DNA of 48,363 nucleotides from a virus (taxonomy: Duplodnaviria > Caudoviricetes): the IMG/VR virus record IMGVR_UViG_3300037307_000742, positions 1 through 48,363 of that record, one strand, 5' to 3'. Below the pieces are notes generated by a model. The model worked only from the letters and a program-made list of their open reading frames with translations, had not been told where the DNA came from and searched no databases. Below are positions 26,084 through 34,557 of the stretch, piece by piece (positions within the stretch are counted from its first letter, which is position 1; every line of letters begins with the position of its first letter). A program made the translations under genes and the position numbers.

Positions 26084-26757
26084 TGTTCAATCCGCATGCC
26101 AACGGTACATTTTCGAGCCTAACGGCAAACTATCAAACGCGGATGGTGGATGTGAGGGCTGACCATATTGCCATCCCTTGTGCGGGGTCGTGAGTCTCTA
26201 CGGCTGATTACGTGGCACCATGGCGGGCGTGTTTTACAACATCATAGGTCAGCGGTGATCATTCCGAATCGGTGCGACCGGAAAGTTTTCCAGCGCCTTC
26301 TTCGGCAAGTTTATTCGGCTCGATTGCCGGATGACTCCTCTTCGGGGCTTGATCCCGGAAAATGAAAAAGACCGCGCCGAGGAGACAGATTCCAGCGCAG
26401 AGATAATTCCAACTGACCGGAGTCCGCATGTAAAAAACAGCGAATGGCACGAAAACAGCCAACGTGATCACTTCTTGAATGATCTTCAACTGTGGCAGAG
26501 TGAAAGTCCCATAGCCGATTCTGTTTGCGGGGACTTGTAGTGAATACTCGAACAACGCAATCAGCCAGCTTGCTAGGATCGCGACGATCAGCGGCTTGGA
26601 GCGCATGTCCTTGAGATGTGCATACCAGGCGAACGTCATGAAGATGTTCGAGCCTATAAGTAGGAGAACGGTTTTCAGCGGGGTCATTTGCGTGGCGACG
26701 GATATGACGACATTTCCGCGCTAGTCCAGATTTCATGTTCAATCCGTATGCCAACGG
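26084..26757. repeat. 22-bp direct repeats flanking the DMT gene
   Basis: TGTTCAATCCGCATGCCAACGG (26084-26105) and TGTTCAATCCGTATGCCAACGG (26736-26757); related copies at 1498-1517 and 25178-25194. Confidence 0.85.
26259..26687 (-). CDS. DMT-superfamily membrane protein (DUF486-like)
   Basis: SNIFMTFAWYAHLK, EY.LQVPANRIG, QLKIIQEVITL.VF. Confidence 0.88.
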   Translation of the reverse strand: MTPLKTVLLLIGSNIFMTFAWYAHLKDMRSKPLIVAILASWLIALFEYSLQVPANRIGYGTFTLPQLKIIQEVITLAVFVPFAVFYMRTPVSWNYLCAGICLLGAVFFIFRDQAPKRSHPAIEPNKLAEEGAGKLSGRTDSE

Positions 26758-26906
26758 AGCATGGCCGAACAAAATGGCCGGTAAATATGGTGCGAATCGG
26801 CGTGCGGATGGTGCGCGACAAACGACGCGGGTGGCTGGCAGGAGGAAGGATGTCGGAACGCGCCACTCATTGGCTCACCGGCCTCAGATTCCAACCAGAT
26901 CCACAG

Positions 26907-27851
26907 ATGAAACCGCAAGATACCAAAGCCGAAACCATTACCTTCGGAGTCGAACTAGAAACCACGATCCCCGCCACCAGCGGAATCGTTGTCGGAGCTT
27001 ACCACGGCGGCGCGTATGTGCGCGTGGGAGCAAGCGCAGCCACCAACGAGCACCTCACCGCGCCCACCTTTAACGGCAATCACTGGAAGGCCGAGCGTGA
27101 TGGTTCCATCCGCGCCATTCCGGGCCGCATGGCCTGTGAGTTTGTTTCACCCATCCTCCAAGGCGGCGATGGTGTCGAACACCTGCTTCAATTCGTCGAG
27201 TGGGCCAACGCCATCGGGGCGAACGTGAACGGCTCATGCGGCGTCCATATCACCGTGGGCGTCGCTTCCATCATCGGCACGGACGATCCGCAAGCCATGA
27301 GCGAATACGGTCGCAAGCTCGCTCACATCGCACGGTGGCACGCCATGAGCCTCTACGGCCAAACGGGAACCGGACGCCACCTGAACCGATACAGCCACAC
27401 GCTCGGCGAGGACGTGGGAACTCTGGTCCGCCAGATGGAACGCAACAGCAATCCTGCCAGGAAAGCCGACGCCGCCAGTCGGTGCGGACGCGGGATGATC
27501 AATTTCAAAAAACTCTTCACCCACGGCGTGATCGAATTCCGGGTCTTCGCCGGCACGCTCAATCGCTACAAGCTCATGCACCACCTTGCCACGGTGTTGG
27601 GCCTTTGCCGCCGCGCCGCCGAAGTCGAATGCCTCGGTGCCTTCTCGAAGAACAAGTCGCAGGCGAAACGCACGTCCACCGCGAAGGACGCTCTCCGCTT
27701 CCTCTGGGATTACCTCGGATGGACCGGATCAAAGCGACCCGTCGCACTGGGTCTGGTCGGCCCACTGCACTCGGAGTTCAAGCACTACCGGAAGATCGCC
27801 GACCGGATGTGCCGCCGCTTCGATTCCCGCTTCCCCTACGCCAACCTCTAA
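26907..27851 (+). CDS. Amidoligase (COOH-NH2 ligase type 2)
   Basis: TFGVELET, W.AERDGSI, EFVSPIL, SCGVHI, IEFR motifs. Confidence 0.85.
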   Translation: MKPQDTKAETITFGVELETTIPATSGIVVGAYHGGAYVRVGASAATNEHLTAPTFNGNHWKAERDGSIRAIPGRMACEFVSPILQGGDGVEHLLQFVEWANAIGANVNGSCGVHITVGVASIIGTDDPQAMSEYGRKLAHIARWHAMSLYGQTGTGRHLNRYSHTLGEDVGTLVRQMERNSNPARKADAASRCGRGMINFKKLFTHGVIEFRVFAGTLNRYKLMHHLATVLGLCRRAAEVECLGAFSKNKSQAKRTSTAKDALRFLWDYLGWTGSKRPVALGLVGPLHSEFKHYRKIADRMCRRFDSRFPYANL

Positions 27852-27864
27852 CCAAACGAAAACT

Positions 27865-28509
27865 ATGTGTGTGATCCTAGTATGCCCCGCCGATGTGCGG
27901 CCTGATAGAAAAACCTTCGCTGCCTGCCACGAAGCGAATCCCCACGGTGCCGGTGTGGCATGGCGGGAGGACGGAGTGGTGCGCTGGTTCAAGGGACTTG
28001 AACCCGATGATCTTGAAATCCTACTCCCCGAATTGTCCGGCGAGATCGTGATCCACTTCCGGTGGGCGAGCGTGGGAGAGGTGACGCCGAAGCTGTGCCA
28101 CCCGTTCCCGGTTTCCGCGAAAGCCACCACGCGGTTGTCCGGCCATGCCCGCGCCGTGCTCTTCCACAATGGGACGTGGTGCCAGTGGCGCGAAACCCTG
28201 CGGCGGATGCCACGTCACCGGATGCCCGACGGCCTGTTGTCCGATACCCGCGTCGCCGCGTCCTTGGTCGATCTCTGCGGCATGGACACGCTCGACCGAC
28301 TCCCCGGCAGGTGGGTGTTCTTCGACCGCGATTTCACCGAACTCTACGGCGATTGGCGCGAGTGGTGCGGCATGAAGGCGAGCAACCTCGGGTTCACCTA
28401 TGGCCTGAGCAAGCCGTCACTTTTTGCACCCAAAGCTACGCAGTCTGCGGATAGCCATCACCAGCCCTATCTCGATTTCTCGGACACCTGCGGCAACTCG
28501 GATACCTGA
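27865..28509 (+). CDS. Class II (Ntn) glutamine amidotransferase
   Basis: N-terminal M-C, NPHGAG, HFRWAS.G, HPF, HNG. Confidence 0.85.
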   Translation: MCVILVCPADVRPDRKTFAACHEANPHGAGVAWREDGVVRWFKGLEPDDLEILLPELSGEIVIHFRWASVGEVTPKLCHPFPVSAKATTRLSGHARAVLFHNGTWCQWRETLRRMPRHRMPDGLLSDTRVAASLVDLCGMDTLDRLPGRWVFFDRDFTELYGDWREWCGMKASNLGFTYGLSKPSLFAPKATQSADSHHQPYLDFSDTCGNSDT

Positions 28510-28540
28510 GCTGATCGGATGTGCCCTCTACAACGAAACC

Positions 28541-28981
28541 ATGAACCAAAAAACAGACACCATGAAGACCATGACCAAACCAGTCGTGCAGATCGGAGAC
28601 CCCGTGAACCGCACGTTCCACCCCGCCTTTGAAATCGACGCCCATGCCTTGTTGTGGGCGAGCGCCAAGGGACGGGATTTCATCCCCGCCATCGCGACGA
28701 TTGGCCGCAAGAGCTATCAAAACGGACCCTTGCGCCAGGAACCGCTGCCGGACGCCCGCAAGTATCCCGTGCTGATCGAACGCATCGGCTATTGGGAAAC
28801 CGCGCTGGAACTCGACGATCCACAAATCCTGCTGGAGGCCGCCGTGACTTCGGCGCTCAACAGCTTCCATGATCTGATGGGCGGCAACCCGCTGGCGGCA
28901 GACCCACAGAAGTTCGTCGCCACCATCACCCACGCCGCCCGCGAATGGGCGCAAAAATGCTTCAACACCGAACAGCCATGA
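28541..28981 (+). CDS. Hypothetical protein
   Basis: ORF in the operon; stop overlaps the next start. Confidence 0.6.
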   Translation: MNQKTDTMKTMTKPVVQIGDPVNRTFHPAFEIDAHALLWASAKGRDFIPAIATIGRKSYQNGPLRQEPLPDARKYPVLIERIGYWETALELDDPQILLEAAVTSALNSFHDLMGGNPLAADPQKFVATITHAAREWAQKCFNTEQP

Positions 28982-29217
28982 AAGCCACCATCCAATTCTC
29001 ACCGATGCTGGTCGCCTCTCCACGCGAGGATCACCAGCACCTCTACACCGAGCAGGAACTGGCCGATTACCTGCGGATCTGCCGCCGTCAGCTCTACTCG
29101 TGGCGCATGAGCGGACTCATTCCCTACATCAAACTCGGCAAAGCCGTGAGATTCCGCCTCGCCGATGTCGAAACCGTTCTCGCAACCCTCACCATTCAAC
29201 ACAAAGCAAAACCATGA
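28978..29217 (+). CDS. Excisionase-like HTH protein
   Basis: LYTEQELADYLRICRRQLYSWR..G.IPYIKLGKAVRF. Confidence 0.8.
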   Translation: MKATIQFSPMLVASPREDHQHLYTEQELADYLRICRRQLYSWRMSGLIPYIKLGKAVRFRLADVETVLATLTIQHKAKP

Positions 29218-29714
29218 AACGCACCTACAAACTGATAGCAAGCCGCGGCACCGAGATTGTCTTTGATGATCGTCTCCAAGCCGACAGCCCCCGCGATGCA
29301 CGCCGGGAAATGAAGAAGCTGCTGGGCCTCGAAAGCCTGAGTGGCATCGTGTATTCCATCACCGAGATCCCGGTGGACCTGATCCGTGAGATCGTGGACG
29401 CCAGGATTGCCGAACTGGCCGGCGGAGCGCCGATTCAAACTCCGGTGCCCGCCGACGTTGAGGCGCTTGTGATGGATCGCCTGAAACCAATCCTTCGCCG
29501 ACTGGCTGCATTGGAGCAGACGCCGAATGAACCGGAGCGTCCCTCCCGCTTCGACCCGCTCGCCATTCTGCCGGACACGCCACCGGAGCCAGACTGGAAC
29601 CTCGTGAAACGCCACTTCCGCCGCTACGGGGATCCGCGCAAGACGGCTGAGAAATACGGACTCAATCTCCGCGACTTGAACACACGCGCCAGAAGGGAGG
29701 GGTGGTCCGCATGA
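29214..29714 (+). CDS. Hypothetical protein with C-terminal HTH-like segment
   Basis: ATGA overlaps at both ends. Confidence 0.6.
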   Translation: MKRTYKLIASRGTEIVFDDRLQADSPRDARREMKKLLGLESLSGIVYSITEIPVDLIREIVDARIAELAGGAPIQTPVPADVEALVMDRLKPILRRLAALEQTPNEPERPSRFDPLAILPDTPPEPDWNLVKRHFRRYGDPRKTAEKYGLNLRDLNTRARREGWSA

Positions 29715-29881
29715 TCGAGGTCAAACCCTACCTCAAGTCGGATGGCTACCGCACCCGCCATTGGGCCGTGTATGTTGATGGCGAGTTGCTGGCCGTGGTG
29801 CTCTACCGCAAGGGTGCTCAGGCAATCGCCGATCTGATCCTTAACACCCGAGCGGGAAAGGAGGCGAGTAATGCCGCGTAA
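29711..29881 (+). CDS. Small hypothetical protein (56 aa; not in ORF track)
   Basis: MIEVKPY...HWAVYVDGELLAVVLYRKGA; ATGA coupling. Confidence 0.6.
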   Translation: MIEVKPYLKSDGYRTRHWAVYVDGELLAVVLYRKGAQAIADLILNTRAGKEASNAA

Positions 29882-30494
29882 GCCAGCGGTTGCCCCCACC
29901 TGCTTCGTCCCGTCCTGTCCTGCTGATTTCGTGGGCCAGGCGGGCAAGGTGGCGGATGTGTTGATGCGAAAGGCCGAGCGACTGCGGACGAATCCCGACC
30001 AACCACTCAAGCTCCTCATTTCCGGCGCGCCCGGCATCGGCAAGACGAGTTTGGTGAACATGATCGCCCGCACACTCGCCAGCCACCCCGTCGCCATCGA
30101 GGACGTGAACGGCAAGGAAGTGGGACTCGAACTCGCCCGTGAATGGACGCGCTCACTCGCCTATGGATCGCTCTTCGGATCGTGGTCAGTTAAAGTGGTG
30201 AATGAGTTAGATCGCTGTTCCAAGGACGCGCAGGACATGCTTCTCACCTATCTCGACCGGATGAAGCCAGGCCATGCCTTTCTCGGCACCACGAACCTTG
30301 ACCTCGGCAGTCTCACCGAACGCCTCCAAACCCGCTTCCAATCGGTCCGACTCCAGCCACCGGAAAACGAGGTTCTCGCGGCATTCCTCGCGAGGCGGTG
30401 GGCTGTCCCTATCGCCACCACCCGGATGATCGCGGCCGGGGCAGCAGGGAATGTCAGGGCGGCGATGGCGGATTTGGAGATGTGGTTGGGGTAA
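29871..30494 (+). CDS. Clamp-loader-clade AAA+ ATPase (RarA/RFC-like, no C-terminal domain)
   Basis: DFVGQ, GAPGIGKT, VVNELD (Walker B variant), RLQTRF, GNVRAA. Confidence 0.8.
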   Translation: MPRKPAVAPTCFVPSCPADFVGQAGKVADVLMRKAERLRTNPDQPLKLLISGAPGIGKTSLVNMIARTLASHPVAIEDVNGKEVGLELAREWTRSLAYGSLFGSWSVKVVNELDRCSKDAQDMLLTYLDRMKPGHAFLGTTNLDLGSLTERLQTRFQSVRLQPPENEVLAAFLARRWAVPIATTRMIAAGAAGNVRAAMADLEMWLG

Positions 30495-30827
30495 AGGCTG
30501 TTGAGAGAGTCGGTGGCTGGACCGGAGGGCGTGGAAATTCGGATTGATTGCCCGGAAGCCACGAACGCAAGATCGTGCTGGCCTGTCTCTAGCTGCAAGA
30601 AGCCCTCGTGAACAACGGGTGAAGCGCCGCCCGTCTGGCTATGGAACCTCCCTGATCGGAGAGCCGCATGCTTTCTGCTGGGCGCGCCGACAAGGATCTG
30701 GCAATGAAAAGACGCGCGCCAACGCGAATCCTCTCCACCGACGAGACATCCAATCGATGAATTTACCCTATGTTGATCCACGAGTCCCCCATCGTCGTTG
30801 CTCGTTTACCGGGACTGTTACCATCGA

Positions 30828-31697
30828 TTACTGAAGGGGTCGGACGGCGACAGCACGGAAAAATCGAGAGCTCCCCGCGGGAAAGGAGAGTGTGCGGCTG
30901 GTGCTGATGCCAACATTGGGAGCGAAAACTCCGGATCCTGAATCAAGCCATGTTCCAGATAAACCGGTATTGTGTTCGATGCGATAGAGCCGGCTCGGTG
31001 AGCTGGTAAATTCCAGCGTATTGGTGGTGCGATTGGCGTTAAAACTTTGGCTCAGGATTCGGAACCTGGAAGAAGGATCGTTCGGTGGGGTGTCCGACTC
31101 GTATTCGGCAAGGTCGGATTGGCCGTCGTGATCGTAGTCGGTGGTGACGGAAGCGACGCCGAGACTACCGAAATATTTCTTCTCCCAAGCATCGGCGATT
31201 CCGTCATTGTCCGAGTCCGGATAGGCGATGGCCATAGCTAATAGGACGGAAAAAGATGTATCCAAGGAAATCCAGCCGAGGTTAGCGGAGTAGATGGAGC
31301 CTGCGATCTTTCCGGTGAGGAAATTCAATTTCGGCTGGCCGTGGACTTGCTCGAAAATGAGCCAACCAACATTTGCGGCGTAGGCGAAACCGGTCAACGA
31401 GCCATCAGCGGCGAGATTGACGCCGCAGTCGGCGGGGGTAATGTTAGAGTAGGCGTATCCGTTGGCAGGCGAGCCGTCGCCCAAGTCTATCCAACCAAAA
31501 TTGGCGGCGTATGCTTTTCCGGAAAAGTAGCTTTCGGTGACCCGGACTCCATCCGCGGCATTGGGGCGGAAGTCCACCCAACCCGCATTGGCGAAGTAGG
31601 CGTAACGTTCCGCGGAGCTGATGGTTGACTGGCCGGGGAGGCCTTGGGATAACCAAACGAACGGGAGAACGCGGGGAATGATTCGGAAAGCGAGCAT
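30828..31697 (-). CDS. Secreted protein with GW repeats and DxDxDG Ca-binding motifs (moron)
   Basis: AY.AN.GWI repeats, DSDNDGIAD, DYDHDG, C-terminal FFR. Confidence 0.75.
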   Translation of the reverse strand: MLAFRIIPRVLPFVWLSQGLPGQSTISSAERYAYFANAGWVDFRPNAADGVRVTESYFSGKAYAANFGWIDLGDGSPANGYAYSNITPADCGVNLAADGSLTGFAYAANVGWLIFEQVHGQPKLNFLTGKIAGSIYSANLGWISLDTSFSVLLAMAIAYPDSDNDGIADAWEKKYFGSLGVASVTTDYDHDGQSDLAEYESDTPPNDPSSRFRILSQSFNANRTTNTLEFTSSPSRLYRIEHNTGLSGTWLDSGSGVFAPNVGISTSRTLSFPAGSSRFFRAVAVRPLQ

Positions 31698-31774
31698 CTC
31701 CAGTTGTAGGTGTTTTGGATGACTGCTGGGAATTTGCTTAGGGGCTGCGACTCAGAACCCTGTGGGCGGACCGA

Positions 31775-33049
31775 TCAGGGCAGAATGACAGGCGTATGTA
31801 TGGCGAATTTGAGAGTGCCGTTGCCTGAATCGTAGTAGCTGATGGCGGGCTGGCCACCGGGGGTGAAGGCGAGCGAGGAATAGTCACCCAAGTTGGGGTC
31901 CCCCCTGTCCACGGTGCTAATCGTCCAGCTGCCGCCATTCAATTTAGCGTATTTGAGGCCGCCATCCCCGTAACTGGAGTAGCTGATGGCTGGCTGACCG
32001 TCGGGAGCGAAGGCTAACGAGGTGCGGTTGGCATAAGGAGCAGGGTAAACCGTGGCTTTCGTCCAATTACTGCCGTTTAAGACGGCGTATTTGACCCTGG
32101 AATCGTCGTAGCTATAACTAATGGCTGGTTGGCCGGTGGGAGTATAGGCCAGCGACGCTGCACGTCCCGCTACGTATCCACCCTCGCCGTCCACGGTGGT
32201 GAGAACCCAATTACTTCCGTTGAACGATGCAAATTTTAGGTCGGATCTGAGTGCATCTTGATAGCAGATAGCTGGCAGGCCGCCGGGGGAAAAGGCCAGC
32301 GAGATGTAAATGTTCACAACACCACTGATAATACTGTCTACGGGAGTTGTTGTCCAGCTGCTGCCGTTGAAGACCGCGTAATGAACGGCTGTAGTTGTTG
32401 TTCCTTGTACTGGGTCTGAGGTAGAGTAGGCGATGGCGGGCTGGCCGCCCGGAGTGAATGCTAGCGAGGTGTTATAGCCCGCGAAACCTGCGCTGACCAC
32501 GGTAGAAACCGTCCACTCAAGGCCGTCGAAGACCGCGTATTTGAGATCACCGTTGCTGGAATCTTGGTAGCTGATGGCGGGGCAGCCGCCGGGTGTGAAG
32601 GCCAGCGCGGTGTATTGGCCCACGTCGCCCGCGCTGTCCACGGTGCTCCGCGTCCAGATGCTGCCGTTGAAGACCGCGTATTTGAGGTCGCCGTTGCCTG
32701 AATCGTAGTAGCTGATGGCGGGCTGGCCGCCTGGGGTGAAGGCCAGCGAGGTGTATTGGCCCACGTTCGGGCTGTCCACGATGGTGATCTGCCAAGTCGG
32801 AAGCCCGTTGGCCTCGGCCAGCGCGTTCAGGATATTCGACTGTTGGGTGTTCTGCTGCTGAATTGAGGTGATCAACTGCTGTTGGCTCGCCACCGTAGTC
32901 TCCAGCGCGCCGATCTTGTCCCAGATTTCCTGAAGTGAACGCATGGTGGGGGCCGGGGAGCCGGGGGGGGTGAGGCTTCCTTGGGCGAGCAGAGATTGCG
33001 GGAGGGCCAGACTGGTAACCGCAAGCGCGAGGATGGTTGGAGTGTTCAT
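31775..33049 (-). CDS. Secreted beta-propeller repeat protein (moron)
   Basis: Signal peptide, AQGSLTPPGSPAPTM, coiled coil, about 7 repeats of SLAFTPGGQPAISYY...LKYA.FNGS.W. Confidence 0.8.
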   Translation of the reverse strand: MNTPTILALAVTSLALPQSLLAQGSLTPPGSPAPTMRSLQEIWDKIGALETTVASQQQLITSIQQQNTQQSNILNALAEANGLPTWQITIVDSPNVGQYTSLAFTPGGQPAISYYDSGNGDLKYAVFNGSIWTRSTVDSAGDVGQYTALAFTPGGCPAISYQDSSNGDLKYAVFDGLEWTVSTVVSAGFAGYNTSLAFTPGGQPAIAYSTSDPVQGTTTTAVHYAVFNGSSWTTTPVDSIISGVVNIYISLAFSPGGLPAICYQDALRSDLKFASFNGSNWVLTTVDGEGGYVAGRAASLAYTPTGQPAISYSYDDSRVKYAVLNGSNWTKATVYPAPYANRTSLAFAPDGQPAISYSSYGDGGLKYAKLNGGSWTISTVDRGDPNLGDYSSLAFTPGGQPAISYYDSGNGTLKFAIHTPVILP

Positions 33050-33558
33050 GTGGAGAATAGTTGCAGGAGTTGGCGTCAGTTTCGGGATTTCGTTTTCATC
33101 AACTGCTAGAATTCAGGTCTATTGTTCACTTTGGAACAAACAGGGGGCGTCAACCACGAGTTCGATCATGATCCGTGAGAGATGGGAGTGAAATTGACAA
33201 GCCTAAATGTTGTGAAATTGATTGATGGGATTCCGTAAGCCGCGTGCGTGTCTCTCCAGGCCGCTTTGCCAAGATTTCTTTGTCGGCGGTTTTTTGGTGG
33301 TTGGGCTTCCTGCTTATCAGGTCTATTTTGCTGGACTCTGCCACTGGCAAGTTGCTGGATAATCCGGCAACGGGGTCGCATTCTGGAAGAGTCTAACAGC
33401 TGGAAACCACTAGATTTCTAGCAGAACTGGTGACTAAACGATCGTTTGACGTGTTTGTAAGTCACTGCCCGTGATGAGGAAATCTATTTACGTGCCTGTC
33501 TCAGTCATCGGGTCTCCCCACCCCCATCCAAATCCTATGAAAGGAGCCATTTTCCGTT

Positions 33559-34491
33559 TTACACTTTTTTTGCGTCGGAATCGGACGTTTCCGGGAAGAA
33601 AATCCGGGGTGCCCAACCGAGTTCTTTCCCTACTGCCACAAGGGATGCACGGGTTTCAGGCACGTCCGCTGGATGGGCTTCCTGATAGGTCACGGCAGGT
33701 GTAAAATCAGTAAAGTTGGATCCCGAAATCTGTAAAGCGGCGGCGGTTTTCGTGGCGTCTTCCAGCATGTCCATGACGGAGTGGTTTTTGCCGGTTCCGA
33801 CGTTCAGGACGGCCGATCCGGGGCCGGGCCAGTGAAGAGCCAATTCGACCGCCCGAGCCACATCCTCGACGTGGGTGAGGTCGCGGCGATGGCTACCGTC
33901 TCCGTTGATGACAACCGGCTGGCCCGCCTCAATCTTGCGGCGGAACGATTCCAGCGCGAGGTCTGGACGCTGGTCGGGACCCCAGACCGAGAAGAACCGC
34001 AGGGCGAGGAAGCGCAGGCCGTGGAGCCGGGAGTAGAGTCGGCCCCATTGTTCGCCTTGGAGTTTGGTCAGCGCGTAGGGGCTGCATGGATCAGGGATCG
34101 CCGTTTCCTCGGCTGGTAGTGGCGTGTCCGGTCCATAGACGCTGGATGACGAGGCGAAAACGAAATGCTGGATGCCGTGGATTCGGCAATGCTCCAGAAG
34201 TCGCATGGTGCCTGTCACGTTGGTTGAATCATAGTCGAACGGGCGATCCATCGAGGGGCGCACCCCTGCAAGAGCGGCGAGATGAACCACGGCGTCGATA
34301 CCTTCGTGGGGCAGGCGGGCGGTTCTGATGTCGCCGCAAAGGTAGATGCTGCCGTCGGGAAACCGATCCTCGGGCGGGATCAGGTCGAAGCCGATGATCC
34401 TGTGGCCTGCTGCGGCGAGGTGGCGGACGACGTGGGTGCCGATGAAACCGGACGAGCCGGTGACGAGGACGCGGAGCGGTTTGAAATCCAT
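33559..34491 (-). CDS. NAD-dependent nucleotide-sugar epimerase/dehydratase
   Basis: TGSSGFIG, HLAALAGVR, SSSSVYG, YALTK (YxxxK), RFFSVWGP..RPD. Confidence 0.93.
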   Translation of the reverse strand: MDFKPLRVLVTGSSGFIGTHVVRHLAAAGHRIIGFDLIPPEDRFPDGSIYLCGDIRTARLPHEGIDAVVHLAALAGVRPSMDRPFDYDSTNVTGTMRLLEHCRIHGIQHFVFASSSSVYGPDTPLPAEETAIPDPCSPYALTKLQGEQWGRLYSRLHGLRFLALRFFSVWGPDQRPDLALESFRRKIEAGQPVVINGDGSHRRDLTHVEDVARAVELALHWPGPGSAVLNVGTGKNHSVMDMLEDATKTAAALQISGSNFTDFTPAVTYQEAHPADVPETRASLVAVGKELGWAPRIFFPETSDSDAKKV

Positions 34492-34504
34492 GCCCCGCGC
34501 CGGG

Positions 34505-34510
34505 AGTCAA
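34505..34510 (-). promoter_or_regulatory. TTGAC box (epimerase, N13-ATG)
   Basis: GTTGACT CCCGGCGCGGGGC ATG. Confidence 0.65.
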
Positions 34511-34557
34511 CCGCGTCAGTTCTTGTTGTGGCCGAACTCGCGGCTGTGTTTCAGCCA

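Noticed and set aside
31775-32800. DNA repeats in the propeller gene as a CRISPR array or DGR template/variable repeats
   Set aside because: They are in-frame protein repeats with no spacers, and there is no reverse transcriptase in the window.
33148-33153. Extra TTGAC copies at 33148-33153, 37200-37205 and 5099-5104
   Set aside because: No start codon at 13-16 nt (5099 is 26 nt from its ATG). Not counted in the 17; they may be ordinary or relic sites.
33509-33521. 13-bp inverted match (GTGGGGAGACCCG) to the tRNA variable arm (60-72) as a possible attR
   Set aside because: Wrong orientation, short enough to arise by chance, and phage core genes continue beyond it.
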